A stretch of 64,000 nucleotides of DNA from Phycisphaerae bacterium (GCA_014192545.1 BJHL01000001.1:294380-358379), one strand, 5' to 3'. Shown: positions 17,853-27,178, numbered from the stretch's first letter. Program-made: numbers and translations. Notes: a model not told the origin generated them from the sequence alone.

Positions 17853-19676
17853 ATGTCGCAACTGACTGGAAAGTTGAATCAGGTTGAAGCGCTGCTGGGT
17901 GATGGCAAGTCGCAGCAGGGCTTTGCGATTTTGCAGACGCTGATGCCCAAGTATCCGCGCGATCTGGGTGTGCTGAGTTTGAGCGCGCTGGCGTGCCAGA
18001 TGATGGGCAAGTTTGAGCAGGGCGAGTATTTTTGCAAGCAGGCACTGCTGCAGAAGCCGGATGATCCGGACCTACTGACCAACTTGGGTATTTTGCAACT
18101 GAATCAGCAGAAAAACCTGAAGGCAAAACGCGAAGAAGCACTAGGCCACTTTCGCAGGGCACTTGCGATTCAGCCGGAGAATCACAATGCGCGCGTGGGC
18201 GTGGCAAACTTGCTGATGGAACAGCTCAAGCCCAGCGAAGCGCTCGCGGAGTGCGAAGCGGGACTGCGATATGGGCTGCACGATCAGCTTGCGATGACGC
18301 ATGGCAAGGCGCTGACTGAAACGGGCAGGCCTGATGAGGCGTTCGCGCTGCTTGAGCGCGCGATTGTGGCGTTTCCGTGGAATCCGCAACTGCGATTGGC
18401 GAATGCGGTGGCGCATGGTGCTTCGGCAAAGAGTGATCCGGCGCGAGTCGCGGCGGCGCACAGAGATTTTGGCAAGGCGTTTGCGCAGCCGCTGACACAG
18501 TTGTCGGTGCCGACGAAGTTGCCGACGGCTGCTGATGCGAATCGCAAGTTGCGAATTGGGATCGTGAGTCCGGATTTGCGTCGGCACAGCGTTGCATTTT
18601 TTAGCGAGCCATGGATGCGTCACCTTGATCGCTCGCGATTTGAGTTGCATGTCTATCACAGCAACATGAATGAGGATGACTACAGCGAGCGGCTCAAGAA
18701 ACTGGTGACGAAGTGGCAGAACGTGTGTTTCATCAGCGAGATTGAACTTGCGACGATGATGCAGCGAGACAAGATTGATATCGCGATTGAACTCGCCGGA
18801 CTCACGGCGGGCAATCGACTCGCGGCGATGGCGATGCGACCGGTGCCGGTGGTCGCGACGTACTGCGGCTATCCGGATACCACGGGCGTGCCGGGCGTGG
18901 ACTATCGCATCGTCGATGCAGTGACGGATCCGATGGCGAGCGCGACGCCTGGGTTGTCGCCGAGCTTTGATGAGCGATGCACGGAGACGTTGGTGAGGCT
19001 CGATCCGTGCTTTTTGTGCTTTAATCCAGCACCGGACGCGCCGCGGCCTGTACACGGCGAGCGAGCTGTTGGCGTGAACTTTGGCAGCTTCAATGCGGCT
19101 CGCAAGCTGAATCAGATGACGGTTGACCTTTGGACAAAGGTGCTAATGGCGGTGCCTAACAGTCGCATGGTGATCAAGTCGATTGATCTCAACGATGTGA
19201 GCGTGCAAGCAGGCGTGCGCCGACTCTTTCAGAATGCAGGCGTGGCGGATCGCTTGCAATTACTGCCTGCGAGCAAGAGCATCGAAGAGCATTTGACGCA
19301 GTATCAACACATCGATGTCGCGCTCGACACGTTTCCATATAACGGCACGACGACGACATGCGAAGCATTGTGGATGGGCGTGCCCGTGGTGACGATGTCG
19401 GGTGCCGCGCACGTCTCGCGCGTTAGTTCGAGCTTGCTTTCAGCGGCGGGGCTGCCTGAGTTGGTCGGGAAGAACGAACGCGAGTTTGTAGACATCTGCG
19501 TGCGCGTCGCGAGCGATGGCACGATGCGAGACACGTATCGAACAAACTTGCGAGAACGCGTCGCGGCGTCGGCGTTGTGTGATCAGGTAGCGTTTGGCAA
19601 GCGATTTGGCAATGCACTTGCGTGGATGTGGAGCGAGGCGTGCGCGGGGCGTATCCCGAGCAGAATAAAGATGTAA
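17853..19676 (+). CDS. Second TPR + GT41 (OGT-like) glycosyltransferase, a tandem paralog
   Basis: Same architecture and conserved blocks as the upstream gene (RIGIVSPDLRRHSVAFF, CGYPDTTG, FGSFN, HIDVALDTFPYNGTTTTCEALWMGVPVVT). Confidence 0.75.
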   Translation: MSQLTGKLNQVEALLGDGKSQQGFAILQTLMPKYPRDLGVLSLSALACQMMGKFEQGEYFCKQALLQKPDDPDLLTNLGILQLNQQKNLKAKREEALGHFRRALAIQPENHNARVGVANLLMEQLKPSEALAECEAGLRYGLHDQLAMTHGKALTETGRPDEAFALLERAIVAFPWNPQLRLANAVAHGASAKSDPARVAAAHRDFGKAFAQPLTQLSVPTKLPTAADANRKLRIGIVSPDLRRHSVAFFSEPWMRHLDRSRFELHVYHSNMNEDDYSERLKKLVTKWQNVCFISEIELATMMQRDKIDIAIELAGLTAGNRLAAMAMRPVPVVATYCGYPDTTGVPGVDYRIVDAVTDPMASATPGLSPSFDERCTETLVRLDPCFLCFNPAPDAPRPVHGERAVGVNFGSFNAARKLNQMTVDLWTKVLMAVPNSRMVIKSIDLNDVSVQAGVRRLFQNAGVADRLQLLPASKSIEEHLTQYQHIDVALDTFPYNGTTTTCEALWMGVPVVTMSGAAHVSRVSSSLLSAAGLPELVGKNEREFVDICVRVASDGTMRDTYRTNLRERVAASALCDQVAFGKRFGNALAWMWSEACAGRIPSRIKM

Positions 19677-19691
19677 AACGAGGGGAACACG

Positions 19692-20786
19692 ATGCGAAAC
19701 AGGCGCGAGTTTTTGAAACTATCAGCGGCGGCAGCGACAGGGGCGGGCGTGACGGCGATGTTCGCCGCGTGCGGGAAGCGTGAATCGATGACGAAAGCAG
19801 TCACGCGCGAAGTAACGTTGTACACGAGTGTGGATGCGTATGTCGCACAGCCGGTGATTGCGGTGTACGAAAAACAATCGGGCGTGAAAGTAACGCTGGT
19901 GACAGACACCGAAGCGACAAAGACGCTGGGGTTGGTGCAGCGGCTGAATGCCGAGCGCGAGCGGCCGCGGTGCGATGTGTGGTGGAGCGGTGAAGCCCTC
20001 GGCACAGCATCGCTGGCAGCTACGGGCATGCTCGCACCGTTCACGCCCACATGCATCAACGACTTCGGCGGCTCGTGGCCCGCGCATGTGAGTGATCGGG
20101 ATGGCCGGTGGTATGGTGTCGCAACACGAGCTCGCGTTACGGCGTTCAACACGCGCAAGCTGACATCGCAGGGCGTGCCGGCGTCGCCTTTGGCGTTGCT
20201 GCAGAGTGATCCGTCGCTGCGTATTGGCATCGCGCGGCCGCAGTTTGGCACTACTCGCTCACATATCGCGGCACTTGTCACGCTGCATAGCCAAGAAGCA
20301 ACGGCAACGTGGCTGGATGCGATGGGGAAGCGCATGCGTGTGTATGAGGGCAATTCCGCTGTTGTGCAAGCGCTGGCCAACGCGGAGATTGACATTGGCT
20401 GGACGGACACCGACGACGTGTGGGCGGGCCAAGCCAATGGCTGGCCTGTGGACTGCGTGTTTGATGTTGTTGACACTTCGAGCGAGCCAACTTCGCTTGC
20501 CGGGAACGGTCCGGTCATCATGCCTTGCACCGTCGGCATCATCGCTGGTGCGCCGCACGCGGACGAGGCTTTGGCACTCGCGAGTTTTCTGCTTTCTGCG
20601 CAGGCGGAGCGATTGATGTCGCAGACGGAGAGCCGCAACGTGCCCGTGAGGCCCGCGCTGGCTGAAGAACTCGCGGCGAGTGATCCGCGGTTGCGTTTTG
20701 CTGGTGGTGCAGCGCTCGATTGGAACGAGGTGGCGGCGGCGGCGCCGGTGGCGGACAAGCTCATCGCCCACGCATTTCCGCTTTGA
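19692..20786 (+). CDS. ABC-transporter substrate-binding lipoprotein, Fe(3+)-type (AfuA/FbpA/FutA-like), with a Tat signal
   Basis: Twin-arginine motif RREFLKL and lipobox FAACG. SBP family-1 features (VTLYTSVD...VWWSGEA). No cognate permease or ATPase is adjacent. Confidence 0.6.
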   Translation: MRNRREFLKLSAAAATGAGVTAMFAACGKRESMTKAVTREVTLYTSVDAYVAQPVIAVYEKQSGVKVTLVTDTEATKTLGLVQRLNAERERPRCDVWWSGEALGTASLAATGMLAPFTPTCINDFGGSWPAHVSDRDGRWYGVATRARVTAFNTRKLTSQGVPASPLALLQSDPSLRIGIARPQFGTTRSHIAALVTLHSQEATATWLDAMGKRMRVYEGNSAVVQALANAEIDIGWTDTDDVWAGQANGWPVDCVFDVVDTSSEPTSLAGNGPVIMPCTVGIIAGAPHADEALALASFLLSAQAERLMSQTESRNVPVRPALAEELAASDPRLRFAGGAALDWNEVAAAAPVADKLIAHAFPL

Positions 20787-20820
20787 TCGCTGACCTGGGT
20801 ACTCGGTCGTACCATCGCGT

Positions 20821-21966
20821 GTGCCTGAAGATGCCGCACAACTCGATGCTCCCAAGCCGCTGCGACTGCTCATTGTGCTGCCGAGTTGGGTGGGTGATGC
20901 AGCCATGGCAACGCCCGCGCTGCGGCGGATTCGCCGCGAGCTTCCTGGCACGTTCATCGGTGCGCTGGCGCGGCCTGGCATTGATCAATTGCTCGCGGGT
21001 AGTGACTTCATTGATGAGTATCACGTGGAGCGTGCGAGCGGGGTGATGGGGCCGAAGTTTGTTGCGGCGAAGTTGCGACCACGGCGATATGACGCGACGA
21101 TTTTGCTAACGAACTCGTTTTCGACGGCTCTGATTGTGCGAATCGCGGGTATTCCGCGGCGCGTGGGGTATGACCGCGATGCACGTGGGCTGCTGCTGAC
21201 AGACAAACTAGATGCGCCCAAGCGTGGGCTGGCGGAGTTTGCGCCGATTTCAGCCGTGAGCTATTACTGGCGGCTGGCGGATTTCTTTTTGGGTAGCAAG
21301 CCGCAGCCAGCAAGTCGCGGTGTGAATGCGCAGCTTGGGTTGCCGCCGGGCGTGACGATGGAGTTGGTTGCGACGCCTGCTGATGAGCAACTGGCGAGTG
21401 ACATTCTCGCAAAGGGCGGCGTGGCGGCGGGTGAGCGATATGCGATTTTGAACCCGGGCGGCAACAACCCCGCGAAGCGATGGCCTGTTGATCGCTTCGC
21501 GAGGCTCGCCGATGACTTGGCGGACTTGCACAATCTCACGATCGTTGTCAACGGCTCGCCTGCGGAGGCCGAATTGGTTTCGCAGATCGCGGCAGCGTGC
21601 AAGAAGGCGCGATGTGTTGAGTTGCCGCGATTGGGCATTACGCTGGGCGCGCTGAAGGCGGTGTGTCGGCGGGCGGAGTTGATGGTGACGAATGACACCG
21701 GGCCCAGGCACATCGCGGCGGCGTTTGGCGTGCCTGTGGTGAGTTTGTTTGGGCCGACGGATCATCGCTGGACGATCATTCCGACGCGCGAGCATGCGCC
21801 TGAGATCATCATCACGGCGGACCCGACGCTGCCTGAGAGTGAAGTATCGAACGATCATCCGGAGCGATGTGCGATTGACAAGATTTCGTATCAGCGGGTG
21901 TGGGAGGCGTGTGAGAAGTTGATCAAGAGTGCCGGGAAGAACGCGGGGCAGGGTGTGGGCGCGTAG
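20821..21966 (+). CDS. Glycosyltransferase family 9 (LPS heptosyltransferase-like, RfaF/WaaC family)
   Basis: N-terminal LRLLIVLPSWVGDAAMATPAL, central ILNPGGNNPAKRW and C-terminal MVTNDTGPRHIAAAFGVPVVSLFGPT are the GT9 hallmarks. GTG start. Confidence 0.75.
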   Translation: MPEDAAQLDAPKPLRLLIVLPSWVGDAAMATPALRRIRRELPGTFIGALARPGIDQLLAGSDFIDEYHVERASGVMGPKFVAAKLRPRRYDATILLTNSFSTALIVRIAGIPRRVGYDRDARGLLLTDKLDAPKRGLAEFAPISAVSYYWRLADFFLGSKPQPASRGVNAQLGLPPGVTMELVATPADEQLASDILAKGGVAAGERYAILNPGGNNPAKRWPVDRFARLADDLADLHNLTIVVNGSPAEAELVSQIAAACKKARCVELPRLGITLGALKAVCRRAELMVTNDTGPRHIAAAFGVPVVSLFGPTDHRWTIIPTREHAPEIIITADPTLPESEVSNDHPERCAIDKISYQRVWEACEKLIKSAGKNAGQGVGA

Positions 21967-21995
21967 TGATGGTCGGTGCGATAAATGGAACCGGC

Positions 21996-22802
21996 TCAGA
22001 ACGTGAGTGGATTATCCACCAGCGGCCTACGGCGTGGCATCTTGGGCTGCGGGGCGGTCATCGCGTCTTTCGCCGTGAACATCAAGGCTTGGCTGAGTTT
22101 TTCGTGGTCGGGCACGGCGTCGAGCAGTTCGATAAAATCATCAATGCGGTGGGCAGCGGGCCATAGTGGATTCACTTTGCGAATAGCCACATCGCCCAGA
22201 GCTTCCTGCACGCTCATGAACCAAGCGCTGTCGGGCAGCAGTTCGCGCGGGGCGTTCTTGAGTGACTTTTCTTTCCAGTGCTTGAGGCTCGCGGGCGGCT
22301 CAACTTGCACGCGAGCCACGACGTTCTCGAACTCGCCAACGCCCACGCCCACCATGGGCCACCTGCCGGCGCTGGTGGTTGGCTCTTTGACCAGCGCGAG
22401 GATGGGCACTTTGCGGCCTCGTGCGACTTCGCGGAAGGCGCGGCCATCGAGCCCGATGAGCGGGGGTTCGAGCAGGTAGAAGCCCGCTTCGATCTTGGTG
22501 TCGAGCGCGGGGAGCGTGTTCACGACGAAGACGTTGCCAGCATCGCGAGCGTCGGTTGCGAGGTGACGCACCTGCCGGCGGGCTTCTTGCAGCGGCATCG
22601 TGATGCGAGCGATGCGTTCAAAGTCTTGCACGCGGCGGGCTTTTTCGATTGCGCGCAGGCAGAACTCTTGAGCCGCGAAATAGTCCGTCGCTTCGAGGGC
22701 GACGCTGGCACGCTCCATGAGTGTGTCGATGGCGCTGGATGCAGCGACAATGCGCGCATCGGAATGCGACGGAAACTGAGATGGCACACCCGCGAGACTC
22801 AT
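21996..22802 (-). CDS. Hypothetical protein
   Basis: ORF trimmed to MSLAGVP. Its ATG overlaps the stop of the upstream gene (ATGA coupling). No recognisable motifs. Confidence 0.4.
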   Translation of the reverse strand: MSLAGVPSQFPSHSDARIVAASSAIDTLMERASVALEATDYFAAQEFCLRAIEKARRVQDFERIARITMPLQEARRQVRHLATDARDAGNVFVVNTLPALDTKIEAGFYLLEPPLIGLDGRAFREVARGRKVPILALVKEPTTSAGRWPMVGVGVGEFENVVARVQVEPPASLKHWKEKSLKNAPRELLPDSAWFMSVQEALGDVAIRKVNPLWPAAHRIDDFIELLDAVPDHEKLSQALMFTAKDAMTAPQPKMPRRRPLVDNPLTF

Positions 22803-23449
22803 GAGCCGCGTGCACCTCCGGGTTGGCTTGAGGGCAGCGTGCCAACGTGGTCGGCGAGGGCGTCGAGCAGCTTTTCCCAGGCTTGTGCTTCGTCGCACAG
22901 GTCGTACTGCAACACATCGGCGAGGGCGGACCAGTCTTGGCTGCCCAAGGCGGTCTTCACACGACGCAGATGCGTGAGCAGACGCGTGGAAGCCTTCGAG
23001 AACGTTTCGCCTTCGGGCAGACCCGATAGCTCGACGACGCTCAGGTCAGTATCCAGCAGCGTTGCGCCGCGTTCGACGAGGTCTTTGATGGTTTGCCAGG
23101 TCTGGAATATCGCCTGCAAGCCCGCGACAGCCTCTTGGCCTTTGTCGGCATGAATCAGTTCGGCGACGCGTTGTTGTTCATCAAGCAAGGCACGAAGAGC
23201 TTCGGCGCCGTCGCCCAGCGTTACCTTGACGAGATTGCGCGGGTCAGCGGAGATGAGTTGGACGAGGCCGAACTGGCCCTCGGTGTCGCTGGGGTTGCTC
23301 AGAGCGTCGTCGCCCAGCATGGCTCCGTCGCCCTTGACCTCGATGATGACCCGGCCTCGCGTTCGGGCTTGGTTCACGCCTTCGGCCAGTGCTGCCGCCA
23401 GTGTGGGGCGCGCGATAACCATGGGTTGGCCGTCGAGTGTGACGTTCAT
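22799..23449 (-). CDS. Hypothetical protein (alpha-helical C-terminal half)
   Basis: ORF trimmed to MNVTLDGQPMVIARP, because the upstream extension overlaps the LAB_N gene. Translationally coupled to the downstream gene. Confidence 0.4.
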   Translation of the reverse strand: MNVTLDGQPMVIARPTLAAALAEGVNQARTRGRVIIEVKGDGAMLGDDALSNPSDTEGQFGLVQLISADPRNLVKVTLGDGAEALRALLDEQQRVAELIHADKGQEAVAGLQAIFQTWQTIKDLVERGATLLDTDLSVVELSGLPEGETFSKASTRLLTHLRRVKTALGSQDWSALADVLQYDLCDEAQAWEKLLDALADHVGTLPSSQPGGARGS

Positions 23450-23588
23450 ACCGACAAGATGCACCACGTTCGCAGTTTGACCAGAAATCCCGGCACAATC
23501 GCGCGAAAATTTCTTGACAAGGGTACAGAGAGTTGCTCCGTTTGCGCTTCGTTTGGACAAGGCTTGCGCGATTCGGCAAGGCCCGCGC

Positions 23589-24221
23589 CTATTCGGACGC
23601 GGGGGTCGCTTCGGTCTCGCGAACGCGTTGCTTGTGGATGAGGCGGATGTTGCGTCCGTAAATGACCAAGCCCGAGGACTGGCCGAGGACGCCGACGAAG
23701 TCTTGGCGCCAGACGAAGTAGGTGAACATCGTGACCCCGCCGAAGAGACTGAGCCACCAGAAGGCCTCGGGAACAACGCTGCGGCGTTCCCGTTCGCTCG
23801 CGAGCCATTGGACGATGAAGCGGGCGGAAAAGACCAACTGTCCCCCAAAGCCGACGGCGATCCACGCCATGCTTGCCCAACTTGTGATGTTGAAGAGCTT
23901 GAAGAGGAAGTTGTCACCAGCTTGGGTGACCTCTTGCAGGGTTTGCTTGCCAAACGCAGACTCGAACTGAGTCACGTTCATCGGTTCGCTTGCGAAGCCG
24001 TTGCGGAGCAGGATGCGGAAACGATCAAGGTCATCCTTTGATCCGGTTTGGGTGACTTCGATGACGCCGCGAGCGTTACCCATGCGGAGTTCGACCACGC
24101 GTGCGCCTTCTGCGGGCTTGACGTTGGCGTATCGAGACTTGGCGGCGATGACCAGCCACGCACCCAGCGCGAGGACGAGGATCATGAGCGCGGGAGGTTC
24201 CCACTTGAAACGCTTCTTCAT
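23589..24221 (-). CDS. Membrane protein with a lipid-A-biosynthesis N-terminal (LAB_N) domain
   Basis: Two blocks FKLFNITSWASMAWIAVGFGGQLVFSARFIVQWLASERERRSVVP and FWWLSLFGGVTMFTYFVWRQDFVGVLGQSSGLVIYGRNIRLI match the paired LAB_N repeats. It lies directly downstream of an ArnC-like GT2. Confidence 0.6.
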   Translation of the reverse strand: MKKRFKWEPPALMILVLALGAWLVIAAKSRYANVKPAEGARVVELRMGNARGVIEVTQTGSKDDLDRFRILLRNGFASEPMNVTQFESAFGKQTLQEVTQAGDNFLFKLFNITSWASMAWIAVGFGGQLVFSARFIVQWLASERERRSVVPEAFWWLSLFGGVTMFTYFVWRQDFVGVLGQSSGLVIYGRNIRLIHKQRVRETEATPASE

Positions 24222-24295
24222 TGGGGAAGGCTAGGAGCTGAGTAGCTGCTGACGTAACGATGACTCGGCAACGACCGGGCAACGACGCGGCGTGT

Positions 24296-25108
24296 TTACT
24301 TCACTTCGACGCTCGTGACGGTCCGCCGGCGGTTACGCATCCAGCGGACGACCAGCAGATCGTGCAAGCCCGGCAGCGCGCGCTGCGTGATGCCAAAGCC
24401 GTATTTGGTTTCGCCAGCGACGCGGGGGCGATGCTTGACAGGCATTTCGATGACGGTGAAGCCCAGGTGGCGGGCCATGACCGGGATGAAGCGGTGCATG
24501 CCGCGGAATTGCAGGGGCAATTGCAGGGCGATTTCGCGCTTCATGACGCGGAGGGAGCAGCCGGTGTCGCGGATGGTGTCGCCTAGCAGCCAGAGCCGAA
24601 ACTTGCGACCGACCCAACTGCCGATTTTGCGAACGAGGTTGTCCTGGCGGGCATGGCTGCGGTCGCCTTGCACCATGTCGGCGTTGCGCTCGCGCATCAG
24701 CTTGACCATCGCGGGGATTTCGGCGGGATCGTTCTGCAAATCAGCGTCGAGCACGGCGATGAGCGCGCCGTGCGTGGCGCGAAAACCAGCGTGAAATGCC
24801 GCCGATTGGCCGTTGCCCTTGCCCTTGGGCGTGTTGGTCATGGCAACGCAGCGCAGCCACGGGCGCGAGGTCATCATCTCCGTGATTTTGCTGCGGGTCT
24901 GATCGGTCGAGCCGTCATCAACGATGATAAACTCGTAGGTGAGACCACTGGCGGCGAGGGCGTCCCCCACTTGCGTCACAAGGGCGTGCACGTTGTCTTG
25001 CTCGTTATGGGCGGGGGCGACGATGGAGATGTCCAGCGATCCTTGCTGCACGGCGGGGGCGTTCCTGGGTGGTGCGCGGAGTGATGTAGGAGCACCATCC
25101 GCGCACAA
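24296..25108 (-). CDS. GT2 polyprenyl-phosphate glycosyltransferase (ArnC/DPM1-like)
   Basis: ISIVAPAHNEQDN, FIIVDDGSTD, AVLDADLQNDP and the C-terminal amphipathic region are typical of undecaprenyl/dolichyl-phosphate sugar transferases. The start codon is uncertain. Confidence 0.75.
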   Translation of the reverse strand: MCADGAPTSLRAPPRNAPAVQQGSLDISIVAPAHNEQDNVHALVTQVGDALAASGLTYEFIIVDDGSTDQTRSKITEMMTSRPWLRCVAMTNTPKGKGNGQSAAFHAGFRATHGALIAVLDADLQNDPAEIPAMVKLMRERNADMVQGDRSHARQDNLVRKIGSWVGRKFRLWLLGDTIRDTGCSLRVMKREIALQLPLQFRGMHRFIPVMARHLGFTVIEMPVKHRPRVAGETKYGFGITQRALPGLHDLLVVRWMRNRRRTVTSVEVK

Positions 25109-25161
25109 GGCTCAAAGCAGAGAACAACGAGGAAGAAAACATCAAAGTAGGAGCCGCATTA

Positions 25162-25473
25162 TTGACCCTTCGAGCACGAAGGTTGGCGTTGGAGTCAGCG
25201 AGGCGTGGCGTCTACGATTTCTCCATGACTGTCGCACTGCACATTTCTCCCAAGTTGGAAGAGGCACTGCGAGCCCGCGCGGCTGCAACGGGGCAGAGCG
25301 TCGAGCAATATCTGACGGCTTGGCTGGAGCGGGAAATGGCGTGGGACGCTGCGCGGTCGGCGTGGGAACCAGCTCAACGAGCGGCGGGGCTGTCCCAGAT
25401 GTCAGAAGAGGCACTGGCTGAGATATTGGAGGCAGAGAAACACGCGTTGCGACGTGAGAAGCGTGCGTCATGA
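25162..25473 (+). CDS. Antitoxin (RHH/Phd-like) of a type II TA pair
   Basis: MTVALHISPKLEEALRARAAATGQSVEQYL is a beta-strand plus helix typical of RHH antitoxins. The TTG at 25162 has AGGAG 8 nt upstream (alternative ATG at 25225). Its stop overlaps the toxin start (ATGA). Confidence 0.55.
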   Translation: MTLRARRLALESARRGVYDFSMTVALHISPKLEEALRARAAATGQSVEQYLTAWLEREMAWDAARSAWEPAQRAAGLSQMSEEALAEILEAEKHALRREKRAS

Positions 25474-25940
25474 TGCCGCACGCGGCGCGGGTCGTGTTTG
25501 ATTGCAATGTCTTGCTGCAGGCGCTTGCTTCGCCCAATGGACCGAGCGGTCAGTGTTTAGCGGCGGTGGTCGCGGGACGGCTGGTGCTGATTGTTTCGCC
25601 TGAAATTCTTGCGGAGTTCGCCGAAGTCGCGACAAGGCCGCGCGTTGCGCAGAAACTTGGCGTCACGGAGCCGATGATGCAGCAGGCACTGACGACGCTG
25701 CGGCAAATTGCGGTTGTCGTTGATAATGCCCCGCACACGTACACCGTTCCCGACGATGCGGACGACTCGATCTACATCAATGTCGCCCTCGCAACTGGCG
25801 CGTGTGTGGTAACGACCCGCGACAACGATCTGCTGCGGCTGATGGACGAATCGTCGCCTGCGGGCAAGGAGTTCGTCACTCGATTTCCGCACCTCGCCGT
25901 GCTTACGCCTGTCGGGCTGCTGGCGCTTCTCCGCGGCTAA
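25470..25940 (+). CDS. PIN-domain toxin (VapC-like, TIGR00305-type)
   Basis: VVFDCNVLLQAL, LIVSPEILAEF...D and DDADDSIYINVA...VTTRDND supply the PIN acidic residues. It is coupled to the upstream antitoxin. Confidence 0.65.
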   Translation: MMPHAARVVFDCNVLLQALASPNGPSGQCLAAVVAGRLVLIVSPEILAEFAEVATRPRVAQKLGVTEPMMQQALTTLRQIAVVVDNAPHTYTVPDDADDSIYINVALATGACVVTTRDNDLLRLMDESSPAGKEFVTRFPHLAVLTPVGLLALLRG

Positions 25941-25962
25941 TTGCTTCGTACTATCTTGTGCA

Positions 25963-26361
25963 ATGCACCTCAAGCACTCTGATCGCCCTCATGGCCCTGA
26001 TGTTGTTCCTGTGACGTTTTTTCTCGAAGACCCCGAGGGTCTGACGGGCAAGGCGATCAAGGAGTGGAAGCTCATGGGCGCAACTGGCGAGAGCCTGCTC
26101 GAACTCGCGATGGAGCATGGCATCAACATCGAGCATGCGTGCGGCGGCGTGTGTGCGTGCAGCACATGCCACGTGTACATCGAGGATGGTGCGAAGAACA
26201 TTTCCGAAAGCACGGAAGCCGAGGAAGATCGCGTGGAAGAGGCTCCGGGCCTGCAACGCAATTCGCGGCTGGCGTGTCAGTGCATCATTGAGAAAGAAGG
26301 AGCGATTCGGCTGCGCGTGCCGGCGTGGAATCGCAATGCGGTGAAGGAACTGCCGCACTAG
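25963..26361 (+). CDS. fdx: [2Fe-2S] ferredoxin, adrenodoxin/ISC Fdx-type
   Basis: Cys ligands are in the canonical spacing: HACGGVCACSTCHV ... SRLACQ. It is followed by iscX, as at the end of isc operons. Confidence 0.75.
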   Translation: MHLKHSDRPHGPDVVPVTFFLEDPEGLTGKAIKEWKLMGATGESLLELAMEHGINIEHACGGVCACSTCHVYIEDGAKNISESTEAEEDRVEEAPGLQRNSRLACQCIIEKEGAIRLRVPAWNRNAVKELPH

Positions 26362-26422
26362 TTTTTGGGTGGCGCAGGCTTTTCGCCTGCGCGACGATTC
26401 GGACTTTGCGAGATGCGAGAGC

Positions 26423-26662
26423 ATGCCTGACGACACTTTCGACTGGCTCGAGACAGATTACATCGGCGAGTTGCTGCACGAGCACTACGCCGATCGTGAT
26501 CCGATGCGCATCGGGTTTGTGGAACTCAAGAAACTGGTGATGGCTCTGCCGGGTTTCAAGGAGCGGCCTGGGCACGTGGTGAATGAGAAGATTCTGGAGC
26601 ACATTCAGGCGGCGTGGATTGAGCAGCGGCAGGGTGGACGGAAGTCAGAGGATGAGGAGTGA
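26423..26662 (+). CDS. iscX: Fe-S cluster assembly protein IscX (YfhJ-like)
   Basis: W.E..YIGELLHEHYADRDPMRIGF ... NEKILEHIQAAWIEQ parallels the IscX pattern (W.D..IGE.L...YPD.DP..V.F...NEKILE.I...W.EE). Confidence 0.6.
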   Translation: MPDDTFDWLETDYIGELLHEHYADRDPMRIGFVELKKLVMALPGFKERPGHVVNEKILEHIQAAWIEQRQGGRKSEDEE

Positions 26663-26674
26663 TATCGCGGCGGT

Positions 26675-27178
26675 TCAGGTCGCGTACGCGTCCCAACCGT
26701 TAGCTAGTGTCCGCGCGGCATTTCGATAGGCATGTTTGTCGCTCGCGATACCAGCAACATCGCGTTTCCATCGCAGGTACATCGCCACGACGGCTCGCTG
26801 GCGATTGTCGAGCAGCGACCAGCGTTCTTCGTTCGGCCCTGAATCAAGTGACAACTCGTGGTGCGCACTGCGACCGGTTTCCAGATCAAGCAATAAGGCC
26901 GCCGCGAGGTAGTATCTCGCACCGACGGCGTCCAGAAAACCCCATACACCGCACGCAGCTGCTTCGAAGTTCCAAGGCCCGTGCCGAGCAAGTTCGGCCC
27001 AATCAAGTTCGCAATCTCTCTCGGCCGCTTCCGCGATTTCTGACTCCGTGCCATAGTCGTCGATCACAAAAGTCTGACTCCAAGACACGCCGCCTGTGCG
27101 TTTGACGTCCTTGAACGCGAGAAGGACGCGCTCGATGAGGTCGCGGCGTCGCTGCTCAAGATCGGGGCGGAGGGGCAT
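26675..27178 (-). CDS. Hypothetical cytoplasmic protein (possible immunity-type protein)
   Basis: ORF trimmed to the ATG at 27178, with GGAG 7 nt upstream. No known motifs. It lies next to a DUF1963-like gene. Confidence 0.4.
   Translation of the reverse strand: MPLRPDLEQRRRDLIERVLLAFKDVKRTGGVSWSQTFVIDDYGTESEIAEAAERDCELDWAELARHGPWNFEAAACGVWGFLDAVGARYYLAAALLLDLETGRSAHHELSLDSGPNEERWSLLDNRQRAVVAMYLRWKRDVAGIASDKHAYRNAARTLANGWDAYAT

Noticed and set aside
16305-17861. 518-aa minus-strand Arg/His/Gln-rich ORF
   Set aside because: Antisense to the TPR-GT41 gene, with extreme Arg/His bias indicating a shadow frame. The same holds for 18141-19055 opposite the second GT41 gene.
22799-23953. Long form (384 aa) of the hypothetical gene, with a Ser-rich N-terminus
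   Set aside because: The N-terminal 168 codons overlap the LAB_N gene on the same strand in another frame and are low-complexity. Trimmed to the internal ATG at 23449.
23514-24041. 175-aa plus-strand ORF
   Set aside because: Antisense to the LAB_N membrane-protein gene, acidic and Ala-rich with no motifs.
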